Source of the DNA: Octopus sinensis
Taxonomy: Eukaryota
Length of the DNA: 64,000 nucleotides
NCBI RefSeq assembly: GCF_006345805.1
Contig: NC_042999.1
Location: forward strand, 130,944,001 to 131,008,000
Reading direction: 5' to 3'
A model generated the notes under the pieces. That model was given only the letters and a program-made list of their open reading frames with translations, searched no databases and was not told where the DNA came from. The first letter of the stretch is position 1; every line of letters begins with the position of its first letter. The position numbers and the translations under genes were made by a program. Below are positions 23,979 through 37,334 of this stretch, one piece after another.

Positions 23979-26900
23979 GGTACAACAAGCATTATAACAG
24001 CAAATATCCAGGGTCTTTATCCGAAAACAAAACAGTGTAAAGTCCCTTTCTTGGAAGAATTAGCAAGAGAAAACAACTCCAAAATAATTGGAATTACTGA
24101 AAGTCATCTCAACGAAAACATCCGCAACAGCGAAATCACAATCAATAGATTCAACATCTTCAGATGTGATAGACAAGGCAGATCCCATGGGGGCGTTATC
24201 ATGTATATCCATGATACCTATGCATGCATAGAACTTGTCAATGAATCAAATGCCTACTGCAACCTGCTGTGCATAAAAATCATCCAACTTAATACATTTG
24301 CCACAATAATGTACAGACCGCCAAACAGCCCAACATTATCCTTCACTGAGCCACTGACGAAGCTCCAACAAATTCTGGGAAACATGGCAAGTCCAATGCC
24401 AGACATTATCCTCCTTGGTGACTTCAACTTCCCTAACATCATCTGGCCACATGGACACATACTAAAACTGGGGACAAAAGCTGAACAAATACAGGCAGCC
24501 AAACTGTTGGAAGTCACAGAGAAATTATACCTCAAACAAATGATGACAGAAGCAACAAGAAATAATAATACGATCGACTTGGTTTTCACCAACAACGAGG
24601 ACACGCTATTTGACCTTCACTCAACCCCAACAATCCTTTCAGACCACAATATTATTGAAATGCATTTACACATTGGTAATGAGCCCAATGCCACAACTCT
24701 TAAACAAAAGGACATGCCAAAGCTATGCAGGTATGATTATCACCAGGCAAATTGGGAAACTATTAACAACCAGTTACAAAGCATTGACTGGGATCTCTAC
24801 CTTACTGGGCCAGATAAACACAAGATATTCTTAAACAAGATCGAAGAAATATGTGAAAAAAATGTTCCTCTAAAGAAAACCAAGTCCACAAAAAAACCTG
24901 TACCACGGGAGCGAAAGATCCTGATGCGCAAAAGGTCAAGACTAAGAAACAAAACATCTAAGCTGACATCAAAACATGAATTACAGAAAGTCCTTGACCA
25001 AATATACAGATTAGAAGACAATCTAAAACAACACTATGATGAAGAACGTAACAATGCAGAAAAGAGAGCCATAGAAAACATCAAGAAAAATCCAAAATGT
25101 TTCTACAGTTTTGCAAAGAAATACTCGAACACCAAGTCAACAATAGGATCTCTTCAGAGACAAAATGGGGATGTAGTGAATAACCCTATTGAAATGGCAG
25201 AAATGTTGGGTCAACAGTATGAAAGTGTCTTCAGTGAGCCATCTAAAACCATGAAGATCCATGACCCAGGAAAATTCTTCAAGGATATCGACCATACTAA
25301 ACCTACCCTATCCGACATTGATTTCAACCCAGAAGACATAGCAAGAGCCATAGATAAGCTCTCCATGCACTCGGCTGCGGGGCCTGACGGTTTCAATGCC
25401 ATGATACTTAAAAACTGCAAGGTACAATTGTCGAAACCCCTTTACATGATATGGAGGGAATCTATGGAGAATGGCAAAATACCAAATACATATAAAGAAG
25501 CACACATAACTCCAATACATAAAGGGGACAGCAAATCAAAACCAAAGAACTACCGACCAATCTCACTGACATCACACATTATCAAGGTCTTCGAAAGAAT
25601 AGTTCGTGGAAAACTGGTTGAGTTCCTGGAATCCAACAATCTGATGAATTGCAACCAGCATGGATTCAGGTTAGGTAGATCATGCCTTTCCCAACTACTG
25701 GCACACCATGACCAAATCCTAGAAAATCTAGAGAATGGATACAACACAGATGTTATCTACCTCGACTTTGCCAAGGCATTTGACAAGGTAGATCATGGCA
25801 TCCTGGGTCACAAACTTCGAAAGCTAGGAGTAGGAGGAAAAGTTGGTACATGGATACATGAGTTCCTAACAAATAGAACTCAAACAGTCACTGTGAATGG
25901 AACCCATTCAACACCATCACCTGTGACCAGCAGTGTTCCTCAGGGTACAGTACTCGGCCCAATCCTGTTTCTCATCCTCATCTCTGACATAGATGAAGAT
26001 ACAACCAGCAACGTCTCATCCTTTGCTGATGACACCAGGGTCATGAGACAAATCAAAGACGAGGTGGATACAGAGGCCTTACAAAAGGACCTGACCACCA
26101 TATATAAATGGCAGGAAACAAACAACATGTTGTTCAATGATAAGAAGTTTGAACTAATTCGCTACGGAACAGATCAAGATCTGAAAAATACAACAAACTA
26201 CAGAAACCCATCAGGACAACAAATAATGGAAAAACAGTATGTGAAAGATTTAGGCATCCACATGGGAACCAACCTAAAATTCAGAGAACGCCTTGACTCA
26301 GTCTGTCTTACTGCAAGAAAGTACAGCGGGTGGATCTTGCGCACCTTCAAATCAAGAGATACCTCAACAATGAAAACCCTCTGGAACAGTATGATACTTC
26401 CGAGGATTGACTACTGTTCTCAGTTGTGGTCACCAACAACAAAGGGCCAACTATCTAAGATAGAATCGCTCCAAAGAAATTTTACCTCATACTTCTCAGA
26501 AATGAGGGACCTGGACTATTGGCAAAGACTCAAAACCTTGAGGATGTACTCAATAGAAAGAAGATTTGAGCGATACCGAATTATATACATTTGGAAAATG
26601 ATAGAGCAGAAGGTGCCAAACTTAGGTATCAAAACCTACCACTCACTGCGCCACGGAAGACGCTGCCAGCTGCCACCAATCAACAAAAAGGCTGGCCAGG
26701 CAGCAAAAACCCTGCGAGAATCAAGTCTGTTGGTTCGAGGAGCACAACTGTTCAACTCCATTCCGGTACATGTCAGAAATCTATCAGGACGCAGTGTGGA
26801 ATCATTCAAATTGCAACTGGATAGATACTTAAGCACCATTAGAGATGAACCCCATCTCCCAGGATATACACAACGAGCACAAACTGACTCAAACTCGCTC

Positions 26901-27027
26901 CTACACATGTCAAAATTAAGCAGAGAATACAACCTGGCAACCACACCAGACTCTGAGGGTGGAGTCTTCGACTTGGCCTGAGCATGGACTCAAACCCAAA
27001 TGAAATGAAATGAAATGAAATGAAATG
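23979..27027 (+). mobile_element. CR1-group LINE, 5'-truncated at the start of ORF2, with (TGAAA)n tail, inserted into an older SINE
   Basis: Tail at 27001-27027. Flanks join into a SINE head (GAATCGTTAG..|..ACAAAATGC). Short duplication ATCC at 23975-23978 and 27029-27032. Confidence 0.9.
24051..26981 (+). CDS. LINE ORF2: APE endonuclease plus reverse transcriptase, 976 aa, no stops or frameshifts
   Basis: IIGITESHL, YRPP, GDFNFP and SDHN (APE); YRPISLTS, YLDFAKAFDKV, VPQGTVLGP and FADD (RT). The frame stays open upstream to 23964 (IITANIQGL) but has no ATG there. Confidence 0.93.
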   Translation: MEELARENNSKIIGITESHLNENIRNSEITINRFNIFRCDRQGRSHGGVIMYIHDTYACIELVNESNAYCNLLCIKIIQLNTFATIMYRPPNSPTLSFTEPLTKLQQILGNMASPMPDIILLGDFNFPNIIWPHGHILKLGTKAEQIQAAKLLEVTEKLYLKQMMTEATRNNNTIDLVFTNNEDTLFDLHSTPTILSDHNIIEMHLHIGNEPNATTLKQKDMPKLCRYDYHQANWETINNQLQSIDWDLYLTGPDKHKIFLNKIEEICEKNVPLKKTKSTKKPVPRERKILMRKRSRLRNKTSKLTSKHELQKVLDQIYRLEDNLKQHYDEERNNAEKRAIENIKKNPKCFYSFAKKYSNTKSTIGSLQRQNGDVVNNPIEMAEMLGQQYESVFSEPSKTMKIHDPGKFFKDIDHTKPTLSDIDFNPEDIARAIDKLSMHSAAGPDGFNAMILKNCKVQLSKPLYMIWRESMENGKIPNTYKEAHITPIHKGDSKSKPKNYRPISLTSHIIKVFERIVRGKLVEFLESNNLMNCNQHGFRLGRSCLSQLLAHHDQILENLENGYNTDVIYLDFAKAFDKVDHGILGHKLRKLGVGGKVGTWIHEFLTNRTQTVTVNGTHSTPSPVTSSVPQGTVLGPILFLILISDIDEDTTSNVSSFADDTRVMRQIKDEVDTEALQKDLTTIYKWQETNNMLFNDKKFELIRYGTDQDLKNTTNYRNPSGQQIMEKQYVKDLGIHMGTNLKFRERLDSVCLTARKYSGWILRTFKSRDTSTMKTLWNSMILPRIDYCSQLWSPTTKGQLSKIESLQRNFTSYFSEMRDLDYWQRLKTLRMYSIERRFERYRIIYIWKMIEQKVPNLGIKTYHSLRHGRRCQLPPINKKAGQAAKTLRESSLLVRGAQLFNSIPVHVRNLSGRSVESFKLQLDRYLSTIRDEPHLPGYTQRAQTDSNSLLHMSKLSREYNLATTPDSEGGVFDLA

Positions 27028-30000
27028 CATCCAACAAAATGCCTGTTGTATTTAGTTTTGACTCTTTATGCTCTGAGTTAAAATCGTGCCGAAGACAATC
27101 TTGCCGTTCATCTTGTCTGAGTATAATATAATAAAGTATTAGTTAAGTAATGTAGTTCAAAAAGGCTATAGCCTTATCACACGTGACATGCTGATCTTAC
27201 ATATGAATTGAAGGTACAAATGACTGGAATGCTCAGTAACTTGCACATTAATTCAGGAGCAGGTAATTCAGTTGATCGAATAACTGAATCCTCATCGTCG
27301 AACGAGAGAGATCTACCATCTACGTGAGCATGAAATAAAAAAATGAAAAAAAAAATGACTTATAATCGAAAAATTAACAAAAACGGTACAATAATTAGCT
27401 TGCCTACGAAAAATTAAGGGAAATAACTCTCATTGCACACATTTTATTAAAGCAGTAAGCGGCAGTTAATCGAAGTTACATCCCATCACCAGATGTGTGA
27501 GTCCATGTGTTCTTGATTCCGTTCTATCTTCTGGTTCCGTGTCATTACGTAAATCTTTTTTTTTTTACCTTTTTATTTGTTATCAATTACCTAAACTTGA
27601 TTTTCTTGTGTTATAATTCTTAATCTTTGGAGGAAGAAAAGGAGATGAATAAAAACCTATGACCGGCAGTGATTCGATTCTGTTCACAGCCCCGTTGAAA
27701 AAATAAGAAAACCATTTTTGTAAATTTAAAACAAAAGGAAAATATTTCTTTAAGAAAAATCTACTGAAAACATAGCTGTCATTTGAAATCTTGAAATTAC
27801 ATTCGTTACAGTATTGTTCTATAACTTAAATAATTTCGTCTAAATGTAGGGTACTTTCTGAAAATTATCGGTTCAAAAATAATATTGTTATTTAAAGTTA
27901 ATTTTCTAACAAAAAGTAAGCTATATAAATCAATACTACATAAATATAACAGGTAATATATATATAAATATCTTATTGATTGCCGCATACTTCTTTAACA
28001 GCACATCATACTACACCGGGTGTCTCTTCGATTATTGTTACATCTCTGTATGCGTGGCTATTTGTGAGATATACACACTACAGTTTAATCGTTATAAGTA
28101 TTTCATCATTGTAAGTATAGCTTAATGGTTATGTTTTATGATATAATTCAAATATATATAACTAAAAGTTCTTCTAAGTTAGACTTGATTTTCCAGTCTT
28201 CTGTGGCGTTGTTGACAAACGCATTTCCATGTTTGTACTTTAACTAGTTTCGGCTCGATTAACTAGTTTAGTTCATAACAATCAGATGTACTTTATAACA
28301 TTTTGCTCTTTATCTGAATCCTAGAGAATAATAACATTGTTAACCTTAGCACTAAATCGTTAGTAATACGTGAAAGAGTCTTCATCGCTTTCGACGATGC
28401 AGATTCAATTGATCGATCGACTGAATTACCTGCTCATTGAATTTGTAAAATGATTGAATATCATACAGGCACGTGCATCCTTAACGCAATTCGCTGGCAG
28501 AATTAAGGTGACAGTGTATGGTAAGGCTGTATCTAAATTACAAGTACAATCCATCTGACGAATTTCTTCTGTTTGTATGAAAATAATAGTAAAAGACACT
28601 TGTCTAAAATGCCATCCAGCGGAATCGAACCCAGGTTCTCGTGATAAACGAATTTCTTAAACATTTGACCATGCTGCATCCAATCATATTGTTATGAGGT
28701 ATATAATTTACGAAGACGAGAATTTAGATGAAGAGATAAATATTTCAACAGAGAATATTTATGTACCAAATTAATAACTATATGTTATTGAAAGTGCGCT
28801 AAAGTGTACTTGAAAATAGTCTCTTCAAAAATATCGCTAACTTAAGGGGCATTTCTACTCAATTAAGTTGTTGTTACTCTTACATTCACGCCTTCCTACC
28901 ACTTGTCCAGTTACATACTCTGCTCCCTGTCTATGTGCATCGAGGACATATAGCCTAGTGGTTAGTGTGTAGCGCTCACAATTGTGAGATCTTGGGTTTG
29001 ATTCCTGGATTGGATGATGTGTAGTGTTAAGCAAAACGCTTCATCTCCCATTGCTCTACAACCTCTTCTACGTGTGACATACCTTGCATCTGTACAGGCA
29101 ATGTCAATTTGATGGAAAGAGTGAACTAATGTACAGCATAAACATTTGATCACTAACAAATCATTTGTGCATGTTGCCTAGCAAAGATGTTGCAGAACAC
29201 TCATCTGTTGTCTGCGATAGGAGAGTCTAGGATGTATATCTCTATGAAGCATAAGGGCTTCATATTCTGAGTAGATGAAGTACTTCTAATGGCATTGTCA
29301 CTACAGGTTCAATCCTGTTGTTCCACATCACTATCACTTAGGCTGCTTGTCCACCATCTTCATTTGTTTCGAGTGGTTCAAATTCAGATCTAATTTGGTC
29401 TGTATGAGTCAAAGTTCTAATTCCATTCCATGTAATGAAAACAGTGTAGTCTCTAACATGCATCACAAAGTTTGAAATTTCTTATGTTGAATAATTTTTT
29501 ATACTGTATCTACTCCTGTATGGAGGAGAACAAGGCCAAGGGAACACTAACCTGTTAATCCATTATGCAAAAAAGACTTTGTAGCCTATTGGCTAAAGAA
29601 TAGTATAACTAAGTAGTAGTCAGGTCTCTCTGGATAAAGAATGCCTTTAACCTTATTTTAATTCTTTGAACCATTTGTTCTGCAATTCCATTTGAATATG
29701 TATGAAGATGAACATTTTGTAAGGTATGCAACCAACTTTCTGTTGTCAAGAATAGAGATACCATCATGAAATTTTGAGTACATTGTTGCTAAAACCTTTG
29801 GCACATCATTTCAAAAGAAAACCACATACTATACCTGCTTTACTGTTGAACACTTCCTAACAGTAACAAGAATAATCTACTGTCACCTTGAAAAGTTATT
29901 TATTATGTTAAGCAGCAATTAATGACATTAAGATGGAAATAATCCCTGTGTACACAAGTCCTTAGGCTTTGAATGAAACCTACTCCTTTGGAATTTTTAT

Positions 30001-30948
30001 CTTTGTTTATTTAGCACAGCTATGTATGCAGTCCCCAACATTGTGTGAATAGCCAGACTACAATGCTTTGGTCTTTGGGCAATTACACTTAGCAGTAATG
30101 AGGCAATGAACATCATTATAAGCATTTAAGGATTTGACTTCTGGATACATCAGGCAAAGCAATAACCTCACAACTGCAAAGAAGATAATTTTTTACTGCT
30201 AATATGTTTGACCATCTTATAAAGACTTCTTAGCATTGAGCAATTATTCCAGACATTCTTTTATATTTATTCTGGAAATACTTTCACTTAATTTTAGATC
30301 ACACAGTTTCTGAAGCTAGTCTAATAAAAGGCAATATATCAGTTTTTATCTAGTGTATAAAGTTATCAGAAACAGTATTCTGTAGTTGCATTCTAAAATA
30401 TCTCTGTGAGATTGTATCAGCATAATGGAGTTTCTTTTGTTATTGTTATATGTAATGTCAAATTCAAATGCACCCAGCTGTATGTACCACTTCATTATTC
30501 TTGTTGACAAAAATCTTTGGAAGTTCTTTGCATGGATCTGTTTGGATCTAGTAAGAATAATCTACTAATCAAAAAAAAAAAAAATTATGGGAATGGCTTG
30601 TGATCACAGTTGTTATCGAACATACTTCCAATATGATTTTCAGAAAGAGTACTTTTAAAATTATCTAAGGTTTTTTGCTGAATATTTGTCTAACCAAATT
30701 TATCATTTTTCTTGCATGAATTTGCAAATGGTTTGATCATTTTAGAATGTATGGCAAATAATGACCTTAAAAATTTACTTATACTAAAAAGAACACTGAT
30801 AAACTTCTAATATTTTCTGGACCAAATGATCTTGAGAACCATTTTTTTTTTAAATAGAATATTCCCAAAACAATATCCTATTATTCTACTAGTAAAGAAA
30901 CATATTTCTTGCAGTTGATTACCTTACTGCATCTCTCTCTCAATGCTT

Positions 30949-31408
30949 ATTACATGGAAAAATGTGAGCATGGAAAGTAATATTCTTAAGATTATAAACC
31001 TGGAAAAGTACTGGACAAGTTATTACACCTGTAAAAGAATAGGACAAACTATTACTTCAAGTAAAGTAAGAAACTTTTTACTTAAAATATTGCAGCAAAA
31101 ATGACAGTTCTTTTAATTTATTACTCTTGACAGTTCTCATAGTTTAAATTTATTGTACAAAACTGTTCAGCTAATTTGTAAGTTTGTGTAATTAGTCACT
31201 TTTTTCTGTATTTGTAAACTATAATAGAATAATTTCTAATATTCAAATTGTAATTTTAGCTGCAATATTTTAAGTAATAAGTTTCTTATTCTTTACTAGA
31301 AGTTATAGCTTGTCCTATACTTTTACAGGTGTAATAACTTGTCCTGTACTTTTCCAGGTTTATAATCTTAAGAATATTACTTTTCATGCTTGTATTTTTC
31401 CATGTAAT
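30949..31408. mobile_element. Foldback/MITE-like element with ~127 bp inverted termini
   Basis: 30949-31075 is the reverse complement of 31282-31408 (roughly 90% identical by eye), with internal subrepeats. Confidence 0.7.
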
Positions 31409-32059
31409 CCATGATTTTTCCAGGCATTGCTGTTATAAGATAATTAATAATGTGTCAATTAATTATTGAAGATTTTGCCTTATAAAATACTGAAAGATAA
31501 TATTTCAATTTTTCCATGTAAATGATGATAATATTTCAATTTTTTTCATGTTTAATTTAAATATATGTTGTGATTGAATTATTTGATATTACCCATCCAC
31601 ATCAAATTAATAGCAGGGATTTTGACAATATTGTTGATTGCACCATGGCTCACCAAAAGTTACAAACAAGATCCCCAAAAACCATCAGTTACCAGGCTCA
31701 CCTTAAGTAACCTAATTTTGCAATAAAAAATGACTATTATTGTACCTTCAATTTTATGTAAATATTTGGTTTTTCATAAATTAAAACCATTTTATAAACC
31801 CAAAAAATAATTTTTAATTTCCAGGTCATGTGATTTAGGTACAGGGATACTTTGGCTGCTATTTTTAGCGTGTTGAGCGACCAGGTAGAGGGTCTTTCAT
31901 TGGTTTGATTGCATGATGAGTTTTTTTACACATATATGTAATATGTATATATATCATCGGCAGAAGTTAGAGAGTAAGTCAAAAGCTGAGAGTTTCGTGT
32001 ATTGGCACTTATCAAACACAAATTTGTCGATTGTCACTCTGTAACTTCTGACGAAATAA

Positions 32060-32365
32060 CTTCTAAAATACAAAATTTTGTCCGAAGCATTAAGAGTAAA
32101 CTCTGTTCCATGTGACACATTCTACCAGTATCGGAAGTTTGAAAGTGTTTAGTAAAAAAAATTAATCAAATAATCTGTACGTCTACTTGAATGAATCCTC
32201 AACAGAATTTGAACTCATAATGTAAAGACAGACGAAATACCGCTTCTAAAATACGAAATGTTTTCAAAAACGTTAAGGGTAAATCCTGTTCTATGTGATA
32301 CATTCTACCAGTATCGGAAGTTTGAAAGTGTTTAGGTAAAAAAAAAATGAAATAATCTGTACATC
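32060..32365. repeat. Local direct duplication (~120 bp twice, period about 183 bp)
   Basis: CATTCTACCAGTATCGGAAGTTTGAAAGTGTTTAG occurs twice with similar flanks. Confidence 0.8.
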
Positions 32366-35300
32366 AAAGTTGACCTCGGCAAAATTTGAACTCAAAAGCG
32401 TAAAGACAGGTGAAATACAGTTAAGCATTTCACCTGGCAAACTAATGTTTCTGCCAGCTCACCGCCTTAGAAACTAAACATTGATTTTAGAAATATATTC
32501 TTTATTCTTATAGCTGAAGTGTTACTCCCTTACTCACTGATAGGAAATTTCGTAACATTTTTCCTCATAACTCTTTTTCCTACTAAATTTTGTTCAATGC
32601 GACTAGTGATTCTGAATTCCTCATGCATTTTTCTATCATTTAAGCCTAAGAAAGGTATACTTTTAATTTAAAATTAAAAAGTTTATGTTAATTGAAGGTG
32701 AATAGGTGCCTTACTGCCCCCCTTGAGGTCGCAGATATTTTGATGTAACTTTTTTTTTTCTACTGAACCGAATCTCAAACTATTTAAGCCAAAGTGTAGC
32801 TGAGGAGGTGTCCTCTTTAAAACTATCAACAATTTGCAATTTAGATGAGAACTGAATTAGTGGTGAAGCTTGGAAGCTGCTGCAATTGACGAAATGGTGG
32901 ACTTAAGAATATATTCAATCACTACCATGGTTGAATGATATCAGTCTTTTTATTGCATATTAAAAAAATGCCACTTGTAGTTTTTAGCCATAAGACATTT
33001 GAGTTCATCTCTAAACCAGTAGGACTGTTAATGGTGCTAATATTTTTAAATTCATCATCTATTTGGATATGGTAATATCCACCACTGTGCTTGAATTTTG
33101 AAAAAGACAAAAACAAAAAATCTTAAATATTAGAAATTGTATAAAGCCTCAAACAAATTTACACCTACTTTATTGTCACCTCTGCTAAATTAATCTGTCT
33201 AATTTTTGTACAACTACTATAGGGGATGCCCATTTGCTACTACCAGTTGGAACATGTTCTGATATGCATTATTCAATCATTTTATGTAGCTTCACAGCTA
33301 GTGGAAAAATATGGATTAGTAATTTATGAAATTCAAAGTGTGAAAGGTGTACTTTCTCTTTCAATCTAATACTGGCTTTCTAAAATTTAAGCATACTGGT
33401 ATATTCAACTTGAAACACAAAAGATCTGATTTGTCTATCCATCTCAGTAAGACTATGATTTTTATCACAGCCTGTGGCTACTACTGTTATTGGTGTGTGA
33501 TCTCAAACTGAGTGCCTTTTCCTTGGGTATCTTCATAGGAGACCAACATTTTAATCCACCAAACTATCAAAATTTTAGAGAAATTTTGGTTAACCACTAA
33601 GTATGCAAAATTTCTTGGAATTAAGGTGACCTTGCTATTGGTATCCACATGCATATCTAAATTGATGTTAGACAATTTAACATGAAGTAAGATGGTACGT
33701 CTCCTGCTTTGAAGTGTAAACATTTATTTCAGAGAGGTGATATTTGTCCCCACTTAAACATGAATGTTCTATTGGGGATAAATATTACCTTTCTGTATTA
33801 ATACTGTCTCTATCACTAATCTACAATTACTTTAGAGTTAGACCTTTCATTCTCCATGTGTTCATCAATTTGTTTCATACTTCCTTTTTTAAGCTATAAA
33901 TTGATTGCAAATGTTACCTTTTTTCACACAAATTGTGCATCTTTACAAATACAAGATATTTCCCCTTTAATAAATGTATGTTTAGAACCATTAAGTGAGC
34001 ATTTTGAAAATTTCTTCAGTTTGCTTATCTGATAGGCAGTGGTAGTTTTATCTTCTACTTCATGATAAATATTCACTGTGTTGAAATGTGATATCATCTA
34101 TTTTTGAATGAAGTTTATACATGCACTAAGGGATATATATAGATATATATATTTCTACTGCAGTGTTTCTCTATAAAATCTATACATGCACCAAGGACAT
34201 ATATCTTTACTGTAATTATTGCAATACATTTGATACCTGAAATATATGGTACATTCTTTGAATGAATTTCATTTGTTTGCATTACTTCTTCAGTACTTTA
34301 GTTACCTTGACCAAGTTGAATACACTGTGCTCTGATTATGCTGAAACATTACCATCAGCTTAATTACAAGATAACACTACATAAAAGTCCTCTCTAATTA
34401 TTCCACCTTCATTAGTGTTGGCCATAACTCACTTTCAACCAGTTTTGTCACAAGTCATGTATTAATGAACATTAAAATTAAAACTTAACAACAAACTTGT
34501 GATAGCAGACAAATAATATAGACATGCCAGCAGTATGATAATACTGATGTAATATAATTATCAATGAATGATTTAAGATAATTAAAGAATACCTTGTATA
34601 TATATGACACTGAATACATTAACTGATAGAGCATAACATTCAGAGTTTAAGGATAGTTTAATCATCTTCATAAATTATAAAAATATATGGATTTGTGCTA
34701 CATTCTATCACTCTTCTGTCACATCCTACATTTTTTAGCATTTGTGTGAGAAAATAATCCTTTGTTATCAGTAATGAGTAGAATTCTTTAAACTTCGTAG
34801 GATGACTAATGTACACTAAATTATCTTCAGCAGTCATTACCTAGTCTGTAACTCACCTCTCCATCTTAAAATCACAAAAATTCACAATGGTTCGTACTGA
34901 CATTTTTCTTTATTCCATTTTTTACACTTGAAGTGGACATTTACTAAAAATCTCATGTATCTACTAATTATATAACATTTAAAATATTGAATTTATATCA
35001 GTTTTATTTCCACAAAAATGATGCTTTTTGCATATTATCAGTTTCATCAAAGTTTAGTGCATTGATGAGAAGTTCCTCATTTTGATTGTTGTTTTCACCA
35101 TGTTTCAGCTGTGTACGCACCAGCCTTCTTCAGATATCTTATGAGTCACCTTAGGGACTTGCCTGGGATTAACCGCAGAACATCTAGGTGACTGCACTGC
35201 ATTTCAGCACCTTTATCTACTATGCCAAAATGTAGTGAAAGCAACAATCAACATGAGAACACAACTCTGACTAATACATAATATAAATTCTTCATCTCAG

Positions 35301-36091
35301 AAATATAGTATTGTATTGGCCATGTAGTTAAGAAATTTGATTCCTAACCACATACTTTCAGGTTCAGTCCCATTGCATGGGCAACCAAAGCCTCGTAAGT
35401 GGATTTGGTAGATGGAAACTTAGAGAAGTCTGCCTGTCTGTTTGTCTCTCTCTCTGTATATATGTGTGTGTGTGTATACACATCCACATATATGTATTTG
35501 TACACTACAGTATTACACCATTCTTGCAATACATCCACATTGAATAGAATATAAAGATTGCTATTCAGTACTAATACTGCTTCCACCACTAATATTCAAT
35601 TTTTACCTAGTCCACCAGTTACCTGCATTAGCAACACTGATAGTGGATACGTGCTTCTGACATTGTGGAAACATGCTGAAGTCATGTGATCTAGCAGTTC
35701 TACCACTGGTGCTTAACAATTTTAGTCTGCCACTGACATTTCTAATTTTTTAAGCACTAAATGTCTATACAAGATGCTCTTTCAAGACAAACACCACAGT
35801 AGTACAATTTTCTTACAATGCATCTACACTAAGGATATAAAGATTGCTACTCAGTACTAATACTGTTTCTGTCAAGTGTGTGTGTGTGTTTTTATATACA
35901 CATACGTATATATGTATATGTGTGTGTGTGAGTGTCTGCTTGTCTTGATATCATGTGATAGTTGTAAATGAGTGTCACTGTTATACAAGCAGTATCATTC
36001 ATTTCCAGTGTGGAAACAGATGAGGGTTGGATTGACAAGTAGAAGGGCATTCAACCATAGAAAATCTGCCTCAGTAAACTCCATCTGGTCA

Positions 36092-36163
36092 AGCAGAGTG
36101 GCTAAGTAGAAGCATGCTGGGCCCATAACCCAGAGGTCCATAGATTGAAACTATGCTCTGCTA
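36092..36163 (+). pseudogene. Initiator tRNA-Met (CAT) pseudogene
   Basis: 72 nt AGCAGAG...GGGCCCATAACCCAG...CTCTGCTA. Acceptor and anticodon arms intact; D-loop GG and T-loop CG altered; T-run about 7 nt downstream. Confidence 0.85.
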
Positions 36164-36176
36164 AGGTAATTTTTTG

Positions 36177-36540
36177 TGGAGGTGCACAGCTCAGTAGTTA
36201 AAGTATTGGGTTCACAAATATATGGTAGTGAGTTTGATTCCCAGACCAGGCTGTGTCTTGGGTGTCTTGAGCAAGACACTTTATTTCACGTTGCTCCAGT
36301 TCACTCAGCTGTAGAAATGAGTTGTGATGTCACTGGTGCCAAGCTGTATCAGCCTATGCCTTTCTCTTGGATAACATTGGTGATGCAGAGATGGGAGGCT
36401 GGTATACATGGGTGAATGCTGGACTTCCACAAACAGCCTTGTCCAGACTTGTCTTGGAGGGGAAATTTGTAGGTGCAATCCCGTTGTCATTCATGACTGA
36501 AGAAGGTCTTTACCCTTTTTTCAAACTCTATCTGACCTAT
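36177..36540 (+). mobile_element. tRNA-derived SINE with CORE-like central domain
   Basis: tRNA-like head, then TTGAGCAAGACACTTTATTTCACGTTGCTCCAGTTCACTCAGCTG; a related copy lies at about 28940-29230. Confidence 0.6.
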
Positions 36541-37016
36541 GCTAACAGAAAAGTTAATATTAAAAATGATGATGAAAAACAATGCAGCAAACCCAGTAAT
36601 TATTCCAAAATCAATTAAAACAATTCTAAAGATAAAGATAAAATGTAGGCTATTATAATGAAAACCTGTTTTTCTTTTTTTAAACCTCCTGCTGAATATT
36701 TGCTTGATTATGGCTACTTTTTAAGATGTTTTATTTATAATTAAATTTCCTTTTTATTATTTTTTTTTCTAGAAATTCAATAATTTTTACATTTTCATCT
36801 TGATACTTTCAGTGCAGCAGTACCTCTTCTCTGATTTTTCTGACTGTATATGCTTCCTAAATAGTTTTGGACATAAGTAATTAATTGATTTCTATCACTT
36901 CTAGTAACTAATATGTTATCTCTTCAGCTTTGACTTTCTATGTAAAAAAAAAAAGAAATGAAATAATGCATTCTCCATCCTCTTTACATGTCATTATTTT
37001 ACTCAATGTTTGTTAA

Positions 37017-37214
<198 letters not shown>

Positions 37215-37334
37215 TGACCATCACTACTACCACCATCACTACCACCACTACCTTACACCACCATCTTCATCATTATCATCATGGTGTGAAATCCAAATTA
37301 CATAAGTTTGGTCCCTAATACCTTTATGCTAGTA

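Larger units (their letters stand above)
29300..33720 (-). mobile_element. Decayed Ty3/Gypsy pol remnant (protease, RT, integrase), interrupted by later insertions
   Basis: LDMHVDTNSKVTLIPRN (protease, about 33600), GYYHIQIDDEFKNISTINSPTGL (RT, about 33050), VPKVLAT and SNGIAEQMVQRIK (integrase, about 29650-29800), in the expected order. Confidence 0.65.

Noticed and set aside
30020-30130. CxC...CxH pattern suggesting a SWIM zinc finger on minus
   Set aside because: Contains a stop and lies at the position of the integrase zinc-binding region in the decayed Gypsy pol.
35091-35140. Hammerhead-like CTGAAGA-GGCTG/CAGCT-GAAAC on minus
   Set aside because: Cleavage triplet would be GUG and no stem I forms; at best a dead relic.
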